In this document: piece by piece, positions 38,668 to 50,099 of the stretch
Layout: each line of letters starts with the position of its first letter
Position numbering within the stretch: the first letter of the stretch is position 1
Assembly: GCF_000315625.1 (NCBI RefSeq)
Contig: NW_005434472.1
Location: 1-64,000, forward strand
Reading direction: 5' to 3'
Length of the DNA stretch: 64,000 bases
Source of the DNA: Guillardia theta CCMP2712
Lineage: Eukaryota; Protista; Cryptophyta
Position numbers and translations under genes: made by a program
The notes under the pieces: model-generated
The model's input: only the letters and a program-made list of their open reading frames with translations
The model's database searches: none
What the model was told of the DNA's origin: nothing

Positions 38668-39909
38668 ATGGCGTCAAGGAGAGTGGTGCTCCTGTTATCT
38701 TGCATGCTATCCTCCCTTACGCCACACCATTAGGTCACTTTTGTGACTGGAAACGCAAAGAAGCTGCAGGAGGTGTTGTATGATCGTTTAAGCCCGAGTC
38801 TGTTTCTTGCCCTTGCTCTCGTCTTCCTTCTCGCATCCTCGTGGAATCCTCCCTCCTCCTCCTCTCCCGTCTCTCTCCTCCTCTCCCGTCTCAACATCCT
38901 CTCAGGTCCAGAAGATCATCGGGGATGCGATTCCGATGACGAATCAGAAGATAGACCTCCCCGAGCTACAGGTGAGCTCGACACGAAGTCGGCAGCGGTC
39001 TCGTGCTCCCCTCCTTGACATTCCTCCTGTGATGGTGCAGGGCGCTCCAGAGGATGTGTCCAGGGAGAAGTGTCGACTGGCAGCAAAGCAGGTCGTTCGT
39101 TGTGACCATCTCAGTTTGCTCGCCGTCATCTGCCGCAAGTGACATCGGACGCGAAGGTCAAAGGGCCCGTTCTCGTCGAAGACACCAGCCTCTGCTTCAA
39201 CGCCCTCAACGGCCTCCCAGGTGCCTTTTGGATCTTGAGCACATGGCCTTGCCGCCATGTGTGCTTGCTCGTGTTGTTTAATGTTGCTTGTGCGGATGCT
39301 TCTTGTCTTACCCCTCCATGTTCTAGGTGTCTACATCAAGTGGTTTCTCGAAGGCATCGGACATGAGGGGCTCAACAACCTGCTAGCGGCCTACCCAGAC
39401 AAATCCGCCTTTGCTCAGGTACACTTCTCCCAAGTCTCCTCCCCCACCCTCACACGGCTCAGTGCATCTTCGCATTCAGCAAGGACGCGGACGATGAGGT
39501 AAGGGAGCGAGCCGTCGCTGCCAGTCACCCTCACCTGCTGCCCAGCCCAAGGTCTTCGTCGGGCGGACCAACGGCAAGATCGTTCCGGCGAGAGGAGTAA
39601 GTTCCTTACACGAGTGCCCTCCTACTGACGTCTTGTTCGACAGCCCACAGACTTCGGATGGGACCCAGTGGGCTCTTGCACTTGCTGCTGCTGGGCGTGA
39701 CGGCTGACAACCTGCCGCAGGTGTTCCAGCCCGACGGGTATGACCAAACGTATGCGGAGATGGAGAAGGATCTCAAGAACTCCATATCTCACAGGTGATG
39801 GCTGAGGGTGCAGCTGCTAGCGCCTCCCCCTTGACGAGGGCGCAGGGGACGATCTCTCGAGAAGGTGAAGGAGTACTTCGCGTCGAACCCTCACCTCCTT
39901 GATAAATGA
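38668..39909 (+). CDS. ITPA: Inosine triphosphate pyrophosphatase (ITPA/HAM1), about 11 exons
   Basis: MASRR|[13 protein letters not shown]|..KIDLPELQ|G..KCRLAAKQ|[22 protein letters not shown]|VYIKWF..|..GKIVPARG|PTDFGWDP|[21 protein letters not shown]|[11 protein letters not shown]. Confidence 0.95.
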
Positions 39910-40664
39910 CCTGTGAACTTTTCGCCCTGGCGGAAGCGTTACTTCCTAGCCAGACGGGTAGGAGACATGGAGCTTACGTTAGTTATGGCATGAAGAAATT
40001 TGATCCCAATCACACGAGTCTGTTACAGTGAGGTCGATTCGAACTCCATGAGTGTATAGAAGTGAGGGCAGCAGGCTGAAGATGTCAGAATTGTGTGTTG
40101 CAAGACCAAGCGTAGTTGAGTTACGGCGAGTGTTTTGAGGTCGCAATGGAGCAGGGGGCCTTATGGACGGTGGGCAAGGACGAGGCTTGAAGAAGATAGA
40201 AGAAGGAATGAGAGCATGGGAGAGGAGGGAGAGAGGAGGCGGTGTTGCAAGGAGGAGGGAGGCGTTCCGAAGGGAGAAAGGGACGGGGTAGGATTTGTTG
40301 CCATGGCCCAGTCGGGGGGAGTTCGGATCTCCTTGAGGAGGTGGGGGTTATAAAAGTAGGGGTAATTCGCCTCAATCAATTGGATGTACCGGTACTTTGG
40401 AGTTGCTTGACAGGTCAAAGAAAGGGTAATTACATGTTTCTGTGTGAAACGAGAAGGTGGGGGTACTTTAGTGCTGGGTGGTGTAGTGGGTGCAACGATG
40501 TCCCTTGATGGCATTTTCGGTAGTTTCGAAGAATGAAGGAGCGGAGGGAGAGGAGGGAGAGGGAGAGGGAGAGGGAGAGGGAGAGGGAGGAGGAGGAGGA
40601 GGAGGGAGGAGGAGGGAGGAGGGAGGAGGGAGGAGGGAGGAGGGAGGAGGGAGGAGGAGGAGGA

Positions 40665-40894
40665 NNNNNNNNNNNNNNNNNNNNNNNNNNNNNNNNNNNN
40701 NNNNNNNNNNNNNNNNNNNNNNNNNNNNNNNNNNNNNNNNNNNNNNNNNNNNNNNNNNNNNNNNNNNNNNNNNNNNNNNNNNNNNNNNNNNNNNNNNNNN
40801 NNNNNNNNNNNNNNNNNNNNNNNNNNNNNNNNNNNNNNNNNNNNNNNNNNNNNNNNNNNNNNNNNNNNNNNNNNNNNNNNNNNNNNNNNNNNNN
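40665..40894. other. Assembly gap
   Basis: N run within GA-rich microsatellite. Confidence 1.
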
Positions 40895-41203
40895 GGAGGG
40901 AGGGAGAGGGAGAGGGAGAGGGAGGGAGAGGGAGAGGGAGAGGGAGAGGGAGAGGGAGAGGGAGAGGAGGGAGAGAGTGGGCTGGAGTGACAAAGGGGAC
41001 AGGATGAGGACAAGTTCGGGTGTTGGTGGCATTGTCATGGCATACAATTCGTTGACGATGAGGTGAAGAGAGGGGGTGATAAGGTGTTGACAACGATTTG
41101 CTCAGGACAACAGCGAAAGGTCAGGAGAGAAACGCCCTGTGGTTGGAAGCGTGAATGCAGTGGGAAAGTCCCCGCGAGGAGCAACTATAGAGCTTATAAG
41201 AAC

Positions 41204-42897
41204 ATGGAAGGACCCAAGAGCAACTTGCTGCAGCATCGCAAGGGAGTTGCCGTTGCTGCTGATGGCTGCAGGCTGGCCTACGAGACCTCTGGCGATCCTC
41301 AATCCAAGGACAAGGTAGAACACACCTCCGTCCCTTCTCCTGCTCCTTCTCCTGCTCCTTCTCCTCGTCCTCCTCCTCTTGCTCGTGCTCGTGCTGCTCC
41401 TGCTCCTGCATGACAGTGAGCAAGGTGCTGCTGGTGATGGGCTTCAGCTGCTGCCACTCGTACTGGGATCCGCAAAAGGAAGTGCTGTGTGGTGGAGGAG
41501 AAGCGGAGGAAGGAGGAGGACTCGAGATATGCTGGTTCGACAACCGCGGGGTAGGGAGCAGCGACATTCCCTTTGGGAGATACTCGACCAGGCAGCTCGC
41601 TGCCGACTGCATCAGCCTCATGCAGGCGCTGCGCTGGATCGACTCTCCTCCCCCTCCTCCGTCAGGGAGGAGCAAGGGCCTGAGGAGGAGGCAACTCCAC
41701 GTGAGCCGACTTGTGCGTCCTGCTCTCTCTGACGTGACCCCCGCCAGACGAGCAACAGGCTGCACCTGGTGGGATGGAGCCTGGGCGGAATGATCGTGCA
41801 AGAGCTGGTCCTCCTCCTCCTCGACGAGGGCATCCAGCCAGCGTCGATGCTGTTGGCCTGCACGCACAGCGGCGGTTGGAGGATCCTTCCTCCTCTGGGC
41901 TCTTTCCTCGACATCCTCCGAGTCGCCACGTCGACCAACCCGTCGAGGAGGATCAGGACCGTCCTGCCGCTGCACTACACGACCGACTTCTTGAAGAGCG
42001 GAGGGCTGGGCGGCATGGCGTCTGAGGAGAGGATGAACGGGTAGCGGTGGGGAAGGGGCAGGGGCGATGGCGACTGACGGGCTGGGCAGGGAGGTGCTGC
42101 ATGAAGACTACAAGAGTCGCGCTCCCTTCCGTGACTTCTCCCTCGCCCGGCAGCTCCCGGGCATCATCGGGCACCTCCTCGCTACCGTCACGCATCATGT
42201 GAGCAGGCGGAGGCTACGGAGGATCGGGCAGAACCTGGAGGGTCGATGCATCGTGGTGGCAGCGGGGAGGTAGTGTCGCCTGCTGCGCTAGGCACCGTCT
42301 GAGGGGTTGCAGGGACCGACTGATCCCGTCGAAGCACTCGCATCAACTCGCGGACTTCTTGGGGGAGGAGACGAAATTTGTGAGAGGAGGAGGGGAAGGA
42401 GATGGTGCAAGGGAGGGGGAGAGGAGGAGGGAAAGGGGGAGAGGAGGAGGGAAAAGGGGGAGGAATTCCTGACCTTCAACATGCAGTTCGAGTTCGAGGC
42501 CAACGGGCACATGATCAATGTTGAGATGAAGAGGTTGAAAGTTGAAGGCAGCACCAGAAGCCGTCTGACCCTTCCTTCCCTCTCCCCCTCCCCCTCCCCC
42601 TCCTTCCCGATTGTTCCTACTCGTCCTCTGCTTTCCCCGCTGTCGTTGCTCTCGCAGTGTCTTCAATCGCATCCTCTGGCATCATGTCATGGAGGCGAGC
42701 AAGGGCAAGCGAAACCCGGAAGTTTGGTCAGAGCTTGCGGAGCATGAGGGGAGCAGGTGGGCCTTGACTCTTGTGATCCCCCTCCAACCCGCCTGTCCTC
42801 CTCCCTCCACTTGCCCTTCTCCTCCTGGTTAACGACCGGCAGGTCTAGGAGGAGGGCTAGCGGCCCATGGGATCGCCTCCTGCATGCCCTGCAGTAA
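41204..42897 (+). CDS. Alpha/beta-fold hydrolase (Abhydrolase_1 type)
   Basis: DGCRLAYETSG, VLLVMGF, FDNRGVGSS..YSTRQLAAD, nucleophile elbow HLVGWSLGG, C-terminal NGHMIN with the catalytic His. Confidence 0.88.
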
Positions 42898-42991
42898 CTA
42901 GCTGCTTCCTTTTCCTGGGCTGACCTGACGCGTGCACCTCAGCGTCTTGCTGGGTTGGAACGTCAAGATGTTCATCGTCTTTCCTGTGAGC

Positions 42992-43028
<37 letters not shown>

Positions 43029-43651
43029 ACAGATCTCCTCTAGTTCGCCTTTTTCATCAGCCTCATCGCCCTCCTCTGGAAGAATCTCTTCCTCAAGCCC
43101 TGCGTGAGCCTTTCTCCCTCACTATCCCTCTCTCTCTCTCTCTCTCCCTCCCTCCTCCTCCTCCTCCCGCTCATTCTCGCCATCAGACAATCCTCTTCGG
43201 CAAACATATCACGAGCATCAGCATCTCCCAGGTCCGTGGAAACCTCCTCCTTCCACCCTACTGCTCCTCCAGTTCCTCTTCAGCCCCTGCATGCCTCTTC
43301 CTGCCGGCCCCTCCTCCTCCTCCCCCCTCTTCCCGCCATAATTCGTTTGTCAACTCCTTCCCTGCCTTGCCTTCCCACACATCCCCCTTCCATGCCTTTC
43401 GCGCACTTAACGAGGGAGAGCAGATGAGGAGGGGGATTTTCTCTTGGGTCTCTTCCATGGTTTCACGCGAGCAGGTCAGGCGGCGGACTCATGAGCTGTA
43501 AACTAGAACTTGTAAAGTAGGACCGTGACCTCTTCCCTCTACCTTCCAGCCTCCTCAACCTCGTCACCCTCACTGTTGCTCCCGGAGCGACGGCAGACAT
43601 TCCTGTCTGAATACCGCAAGCTCTCGCTCGCCTCGTGTCGATAACTCCTCC

Positions 43652-43687
<36 letters not shown>

Positions 43688-43715
43688 CCCCAGTGCGCAG
43701 ACTTCACCTCCCGGT

Positions 43716-46700
43716 CTAGGGAGACCCGCAGCAACCGGGGCACAGGGGGCCCTCAGGGGTATCGAAGTAGCTGCCGGAGATCTCGAAGTGGCACTGCTTG
43801 CAGACCTTGGGAGGGTTGAGGGCCTGGTAGCAGTCGATGCAGCAGGCGCCCTGCCCCTCGTAGTCGGGGATGTACTTGTTGCCGACGGGCCTCTGGCAGC
43901 TGAAGCAGATCTTGGAGGGGAGCTTCTGATAGCAGTCAAGGCAGCAGGGGCCCTGGTTGTCGACGTCAGGGTAGTACTGCCCTTGCACTCGCTGCCCGCA
44001 CGCGAAGCAGCAGGTCGGCGGGTTGGCGATCTCATGGCAGTTGGGGCATCTCGGCCCATCGTCGCCCATGTAGTAGGAGGAGAGGTCAGCCCGGCAGTCG
44101 ATGCAGCAGAAGGCAGTGAAGCCCTTGTCCGCCATCAGCTCCGCCTCCTCGGCCAACACGGGATCCGTCGGAACGGGGCTCAGCTGAGCTCCAGGGGCGC
44201 TGACCGTGATCCAGAAGGGGCTCTGGACGCCGTTGGTCCAGCAGGAAGCCACCAGGTGATACTCCTTGCCTGCCTCCACTAGGAACCTGCCGCTCCCATG
44301 CCTCAGACTGCAGGTGAGGACCTGTCGAGCGTCCGGGCCCGTCTGCTGGGAAGACAGCTCGATGATGGAGAGGGTGCAGAGGTTCTTGTGCGAGGCGGTT
44401 TGGTTGGGGCGGAAGAGAGGCCTGGAGTCGGGGAGGTAGAGGGAGAAGATCGCCTCACAGTCCTCCTGCACCCTCAACGACACGCGAGGGTTGAAGGCGA
44501 AGGTCCGGCACTTGGGCGGCCCTCCTGCGGTCTTGCCAGCGATCCAGTGAGAAGCAAAACCTACCACGTGGCACTTGCTGGCGTTGGACATCTTTGACAG
44601 GGTGACAGGGTCGCAGATGTCAATCTCCGAGTACCAGGCAACGAAGTCCTCCCAGCACATCCAGAAGGACCCGTCCTCCTCGTCCTCGTGGTCCAGCTGG
44701 GACTTGAGCTCGGGGGTCCAGAGCTCTGACTTGTCGGAGTATCTTCCGTTCCATTCGAACTCTCCCCAGGGGTTTCTGATCTGCACAAACCTCCCAGCTG
44801 CTACTTCAGCCATCTTCAGCACGCTGTACGCGTGGCCGTCCACGAGCCCCATGCTCTGAGGGTTACCAGGCGCATCGGAGCGGACACTGCAAGACAGGAA
44901 GCACGAGTTGTCCTTGCCGCTCTCGTCGGGGTAGAGCGCAGCGAAGGCGATAGACCAGGCCTGTGACCCATCAGATCTCAGAGAGTCAGCGGGAGGCTTG
45001 CGGGCCCTCACCTTGTCAGGCTCATCGAGAGAGATGGACTGTACAGTCCCTCCTGTGAGATAGTTGGTGGTGTCGGCTGGGGAAGACAAGCACCACAGGT
45101 CACATGGAGGCTCTAGGTGCGGTGTCGATACTAGTTACCGGTCAAACCCCCCGCAGTCGCTTCATACGACAGATGAAGCTTAGCCCACGCCTTCTCGAAC
45201 ACTAGAGGCCAGAGCTCCTTGGTGTTCACCTCCTACACCCACAAGTCAAGATGCCAGGGCGAGTCGTTACACTTCCACCTGCCCAGAGTGATCCTTGAAT
45301 CCGCAGAAGATGGGATACCAGAGCGAACCCCTGCGCACACAGGGAAACTGAAACCACGGGTCAGTCGCCGCCTCGACTTGCAGTCACGTTACCCGGTCGT
45401 CAATGAGGACAGTCACCCACTTGCCGTTGAGGAAGAACTTCACGCCAAACATCCCTTGGTCCATACCATCTTCTATGCACAGATCGTGAAGCAGGATGTC
45501 CGAGCTCCCGATGCTGCAGGCTGAGATGGCCGCGAGGTAGTAGCAGTTCCCAAGTCTCCCCTGCATCCTCCACCTTGACGACTGTTGATGGCCAGCACTG
45601 AGACATACCTGAGCAACATCGTCGGGGTCGATCCCTCCGCTCCAAACTTTGGGCTTCAGACTAGGATCTGATGGAGAGTGACTTTTCGTGGAAACCGGCG
45701 CTGACATCATCAAACCTCCGATCTCATTTGGGCGCTTCCACTCGATCCCCTCTACTCCAGCAAGGAAAGCGTCCTATCGGGTGAAATCAGCAAGTGAGAA
45801 AACGGGTGGATCTCGTATGCCTGATCCTTGCGGAAAGTCTGCTGAACGCCTGTGTTCATCCCAGCGTAGGACGGGTCAGCATAAAGGGCGAACGCGTTGC
45901 TCGGAAAGGTCCTGTTTGTTCGTCGAAGTTAGACCCAACGTTCTTCGACAGACAGAACATGTCAGCAATCTCTCACGGATCCTCAAAGAGTTGTCCGGAG
46001 CCCTTCAAGATTTCTGAGAGCCGCTTCACAGAGCTCTGCAGAAATCAGAGTCATTCCTGTGGCCTCAAGCTGAGAATCGTCGAACCTCCCCCTGAAGGTC
46101 TCTGCTGACTTCGTATGGCTTCCAGGATTCTGCAAAAATCTCGTAGTATGGCTGCGAACGCACGTTAACTTAATCTTTCTTCCTTGCACTTCACAACCTC
46201 AGTAGGATGCGACGTAGGGTCGGCCATCCTGTGCCTTTCGTAAAGCTCCTTGACGATGTTTGCAGCCTGTTGTTTGGAACTTCATTGATTCAGAAAGGCC
46301 AATATTTTCGTCACCTCCGCTCCATGCTTCGCAGCAAAACTGTTAAGGGCACTTTGCACGTCGTATCCTGAAGATTGTGGTTCAGAGAATCAAGGACAAC
46401 TCATGTATTCGCCATTTCACCTTCCTTCTTGATCCAATGTGGACCAGTTTGGGGGACTTCCTCTGGCTCTGGTTGTAAGGTGATAAGGTCGTTGCTTTTC
46501 CATGGATTCCAGGCACTCACTGTATTCCCTTTCTTCTCTTTGCTCCTCCTTTTCTTGCTTCTCGTCCTCGTTGTTTTGCTCTTGGTCCTCAGCAATGTCT
46601 TGAATGGTCTGGTGCGCATCAAAATTGGGCACTTGCTTCCAGAACATTCACCTCAGCCACCTCTTGAAGATCCTCAGCCACCTGCTCGCCGGAGAATTCC

Positions 46701-47209
46701 TCCACCTTCTTCTCGGCCTCCTCCAACAAGACATCAACGTCGGGCAAGTCCAGCTTCTCTTCAACAGCTTCTGCTCCCACCAGAAACGTCAAGGGGCTTC
46801 ATCCTTGAGCCTGTCAGGAGGTACTCTGGATGTCCGAGAGGGATGGAGCAGCGATCGAGAGATTCACGTCCTGATTCACCACCGCCTCCTGCATGCTGCG
46901 GGAGCAGTCATGGCGTGAATGGAGGGAGGAAACGTTCAATCCGACCTGCTCGTAGTGACCGGAGGGGTCGAGATCGGTGCCTCGCTGACTGTTTGCACGG
47001 CCCCCGCATCAACAGCTGCACCGGCAAATCAAGGCGAGGATCGTTCATACGTCAACTCCCATCACCTGCTGAGGGGGATCCCTCGTCCTCGCCCCCTCCG
47101 AAGCAAGAGAAGCAGCAGATGTCTTGGTCCTCATCAGTGGAGGCCTGCAAAGAGACATGTAGCTCAGGAATGACGCTTGCCCCACAGCCAAGCAAACTTG
47201 GATTACCAT
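43716..47209 (-). CDS. Calpain-family cysteine protease (CysPc + domain III) with acidic N-terminus and four C-terminal C4 zinc-finger repeats
   Basis: Catalytic triad motifs QGRLGNCYYLAAIS, GHAYSV, IRNPWG; LWPLVFEKAWAKLH; DGSFWM; domain III WIAGKTAGG..FNPRV; terminal CxxC-x15-18-CxxC repeats. 5' end uncertain. Confidence 0.9.
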
Positions 47210-47882
47210 CTGCACAAACACCGAGTCAGTGATCTTAGGCACGGAAAGAAACTACTCCTAGGAAACATCAAGCTTTGGGGAGGGTTGCTTCTGAATTTTG
47301 ATGAACAAATTATGCATTGCTCGATGTAATGTAGATTCTCAGCTCAAAAATCCTTCTCCGACTCTAGCATGATCTTCTCAAAAACCGAATTTTTTCACCT
47401 GGGCTCTCAGCACTCGTGAAAAACCTCGGCTTGCCTTCTCAGTCTCCCAACTTGATTAGTATGCTTCATCTTTTGCCTTCTCGTCTTCCATGGTTCCCTC
47501 TTTACTGTTCCCCTGACCTCTACTCTTCTTCCCTATCTCAATTTCTCCCCTCCTCCGCCTCCTGTCCTCCTCTCTTCCTCCTCTCTTCATCTCCCCGGCT
47601 CCATCCTCCCTCCCTCTCCTCCCGGAGTGTTCATCGCCGCCTCGTGATCCCTGCTGAGGACTGCATGAGTCGCAGGTGTCACTGGGTCAAATTCAAAATC
47701 GGAAAGGTGGGGTGGCGAGAAATAGTAGGTGGGGTGAGTCTAGTAGGGGGTCATTTATAAGCTCTGATCAGTATATATGGAGGTAGGGGTACTGAAAGTT
47801 TGGTTGTGGGGTGGGTCCCCAAGAACTCCGTTCGGACCGCACCGTCGGACGTGGCGGGGGTAGTTACTGGTTTCCTGATTTT

Positions 47883-47916
47883 CCTCGTACTGATTTTAAC
47901 TTAACTTTGAGTAAAG
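47883..47916 (-). promoter_or_regulatory. Dispersed AT-rich motif, copy 2 (minus strand CTTTACTCAAAGTTAAGTTAAAATCAGTACGAGG), upstream of the calpain gene
   Basis: Near-identical to 9228-9264. Confidence 0.5.
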
Positions 47917-48703
47917 GGTTTCCCGATGACTCATATAAATAACGTACCGAACTTGATCTGGTCACCGGGTCAGAGCGGCCGGGCCGCTCGGCCCTGCCCG
48001 GCTGGCGGCCAGTGACTCACTGAGTCAGTGACCCGGCCCTGCCCGGCTGGGCCAGTGATCGGACCCGGTGACCCGGCCGGGCATCGCCGGACCGTCGGAC
48101 CGCCGGCCGCCCGGGGGGCTGATCTACTTGGTCTTTACACTGGCACGGTCAGTGCCAAAATTGTCCGACCCTCGTGTGATTAGTAACGTAAGCCAGCCTC
48201 AGGTCCGAGATGATCCGGGCCTCACCGTCCGTCACGCCGAGCCTGCTGCTGCCAGCGAGCGACCGTCCGACGCTCAGCACTGGCAGCAGCGCCGCGGCCC
48301 CCGGCGGCCCGGCGGCCGGCGCCGCCGGGCCGCGGGGTCCGTGGCACTGGCCGGGCCGGGCCATCACCTTGAATTCTGAGCAGGTGCTGTATGAGGGCAC
48401 AGTGTCTGCCTGCGTGCGCCATGGGGTTGCGTGACAAAGCTAGGGGAAGGGGGGGCGGGAGAGGAGGAGGAGAGAGGATAGGATGGGAGAGCAGAGTAGA
48501 GGATGTGGGTCCCAAGAGGACGGACAGGCAAGCGGGAAGGAGAGGAGGGGAGAAGGAAGTGTGGAGGACGGAGGAAAGAAGCGAATGAAAGGAAGGGAGG
48601 GATCGAGAAGTTAATCGCGGAAGGAAAGAACAACCTTCAGCACCCAATGCTTTGCTCTCTTCAGATCTATCCATCCACCTGAAGTTTCCACACAGGATTC
48701 AAC

Positions 48704-49967
48704 ATGCCAGCGAACTCGGCGAATTATGCTCCTACCAACACTCCTCTGCAACAGGCAGCGGCTGAGCGATCACACCCTGAAGTCCCCAAGGTTGCGTCGT
48801 GACCGGAGGGACGGGCTTCGTGGGCCAGCGGCTGGTGGAGATGCTGATAGAGCGAGGAGCCGAACGTGTCGTATCCTTCGACATCGTCCCGGCCCCATCC
48901 GAGGCCTGGAAGCATCCCAAGATCGAGTGGAGGGTCGGGGACATCTGCGACAAGGAGGCGGTGCTGGATGCTGTGAAGGGAGCGGACTGTGTCTGGCACA
49001 ACGCAGCGGCCGTGGGGCCGTTCCACCCCAAGTGGCTGTACATGAAGGTGAACTATGAGGGGACGCTGAACGTGATAGAGGCGTGCAAGCAGGCCGGAGT
49101 GAAGAAGGTAGTTATGTCATCGTCCCCATCGACGAGGTTCACGGGAGTGGACGTGGATGGGTTGACGGAGGCCCAGCTCCCTCCGCTCCCTCTCAAGCGC
49201 TACCTCCAGGGGTACGCGGAGACCAAGGCTATCGGCGAGCTCGCGATGAGGAACGCGTGCTGTGATGAGCTGATGACGATTGCGGTGGCTCCTCATCAGG
49301 TTTATGGCCCCAGGGACAACCTGTTCCTGCCCAACTTGCTAGAGGCTGCAGGCAACAACAAGCTGCGGATCTTTGGCCCGGGGCACAACAAGACTTGCTT
49401 CACGCACGTGGACAACTACTGTCACGCGCTGATCATCTCCGAAAGGACGCTGAAGAAGGGCTCCCCCACCCTCGGCAAGTTCTACATAGTCACCGACGGC
49501 CGCACCCAGCCCGAGGGGCAGCACCTGATCTTCTGGAAAGTTCTGGATGAGGCGGTGACGGGCATGGGCTTCACGTCCTTGTGGTCTAAGTGGCATCTTC
49601 CCAAGTGGTTCCTCTTCTTGCTCGCGTACCTGTCCGAGTTCGTAGGGATGATTCTCAACCAGAAGTTCAAGCTCAACGTGTTCAACGTGCTGGTGCTCAC
49701 CATGCACCGCTGGTTTGACATCAGTGCTGCCGAGAAGGACCTCTCGTACCAGCCGATCATCAGCTTCCGACAGGGATGGGACGAGACCATCTGGTGGTTC
49801 AAGCAGAACTGGCTCCCCAACTTCAAGCGGGAGAGCTCCTATACTGGAATCGCCACCAACACGCAGAAGAAGATCGACATTCAGTCAAGAAAGCACCAAG
49901 GTGAGCGACAACCTCGCCTCCCATGAGCTCACTGGGCATGGCAGGCGAGAAGCCCCACAAGGCGTGA
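48704..49967 (+). CDS. Sterol-4-alpha-carboxylate 3-dehydrogenase (NSDHL/ERG26)-like 3-beta-HSD extended SDR; apparent 1-nt frameshift at ~48792
   Basis: TGGTGFVG Rossmann motif, VNYEGTLNVIEAC, YAETK (YxxxK), VYGPRD, FTHVDN, C-terminal hydrophobic segment. ATG 48704 joins as ..VPKVCVVTGG if one T is added; terminal intron gives ..GEKPHKA*. Confidence 0.85.
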
Positions 49968-50099
49968 GGCGCCTGCTAGTCGTGAGGGGCGTCGAAGAAG
50001 CTCCTGGGCGTCTGGACCGAAGGTGTTGGGTTCGATTTGGTGGACGTGTAGCTCTCGCGCGACCGGATCTGCGGGGAGGAAGGATAAGTGAGTGACATG

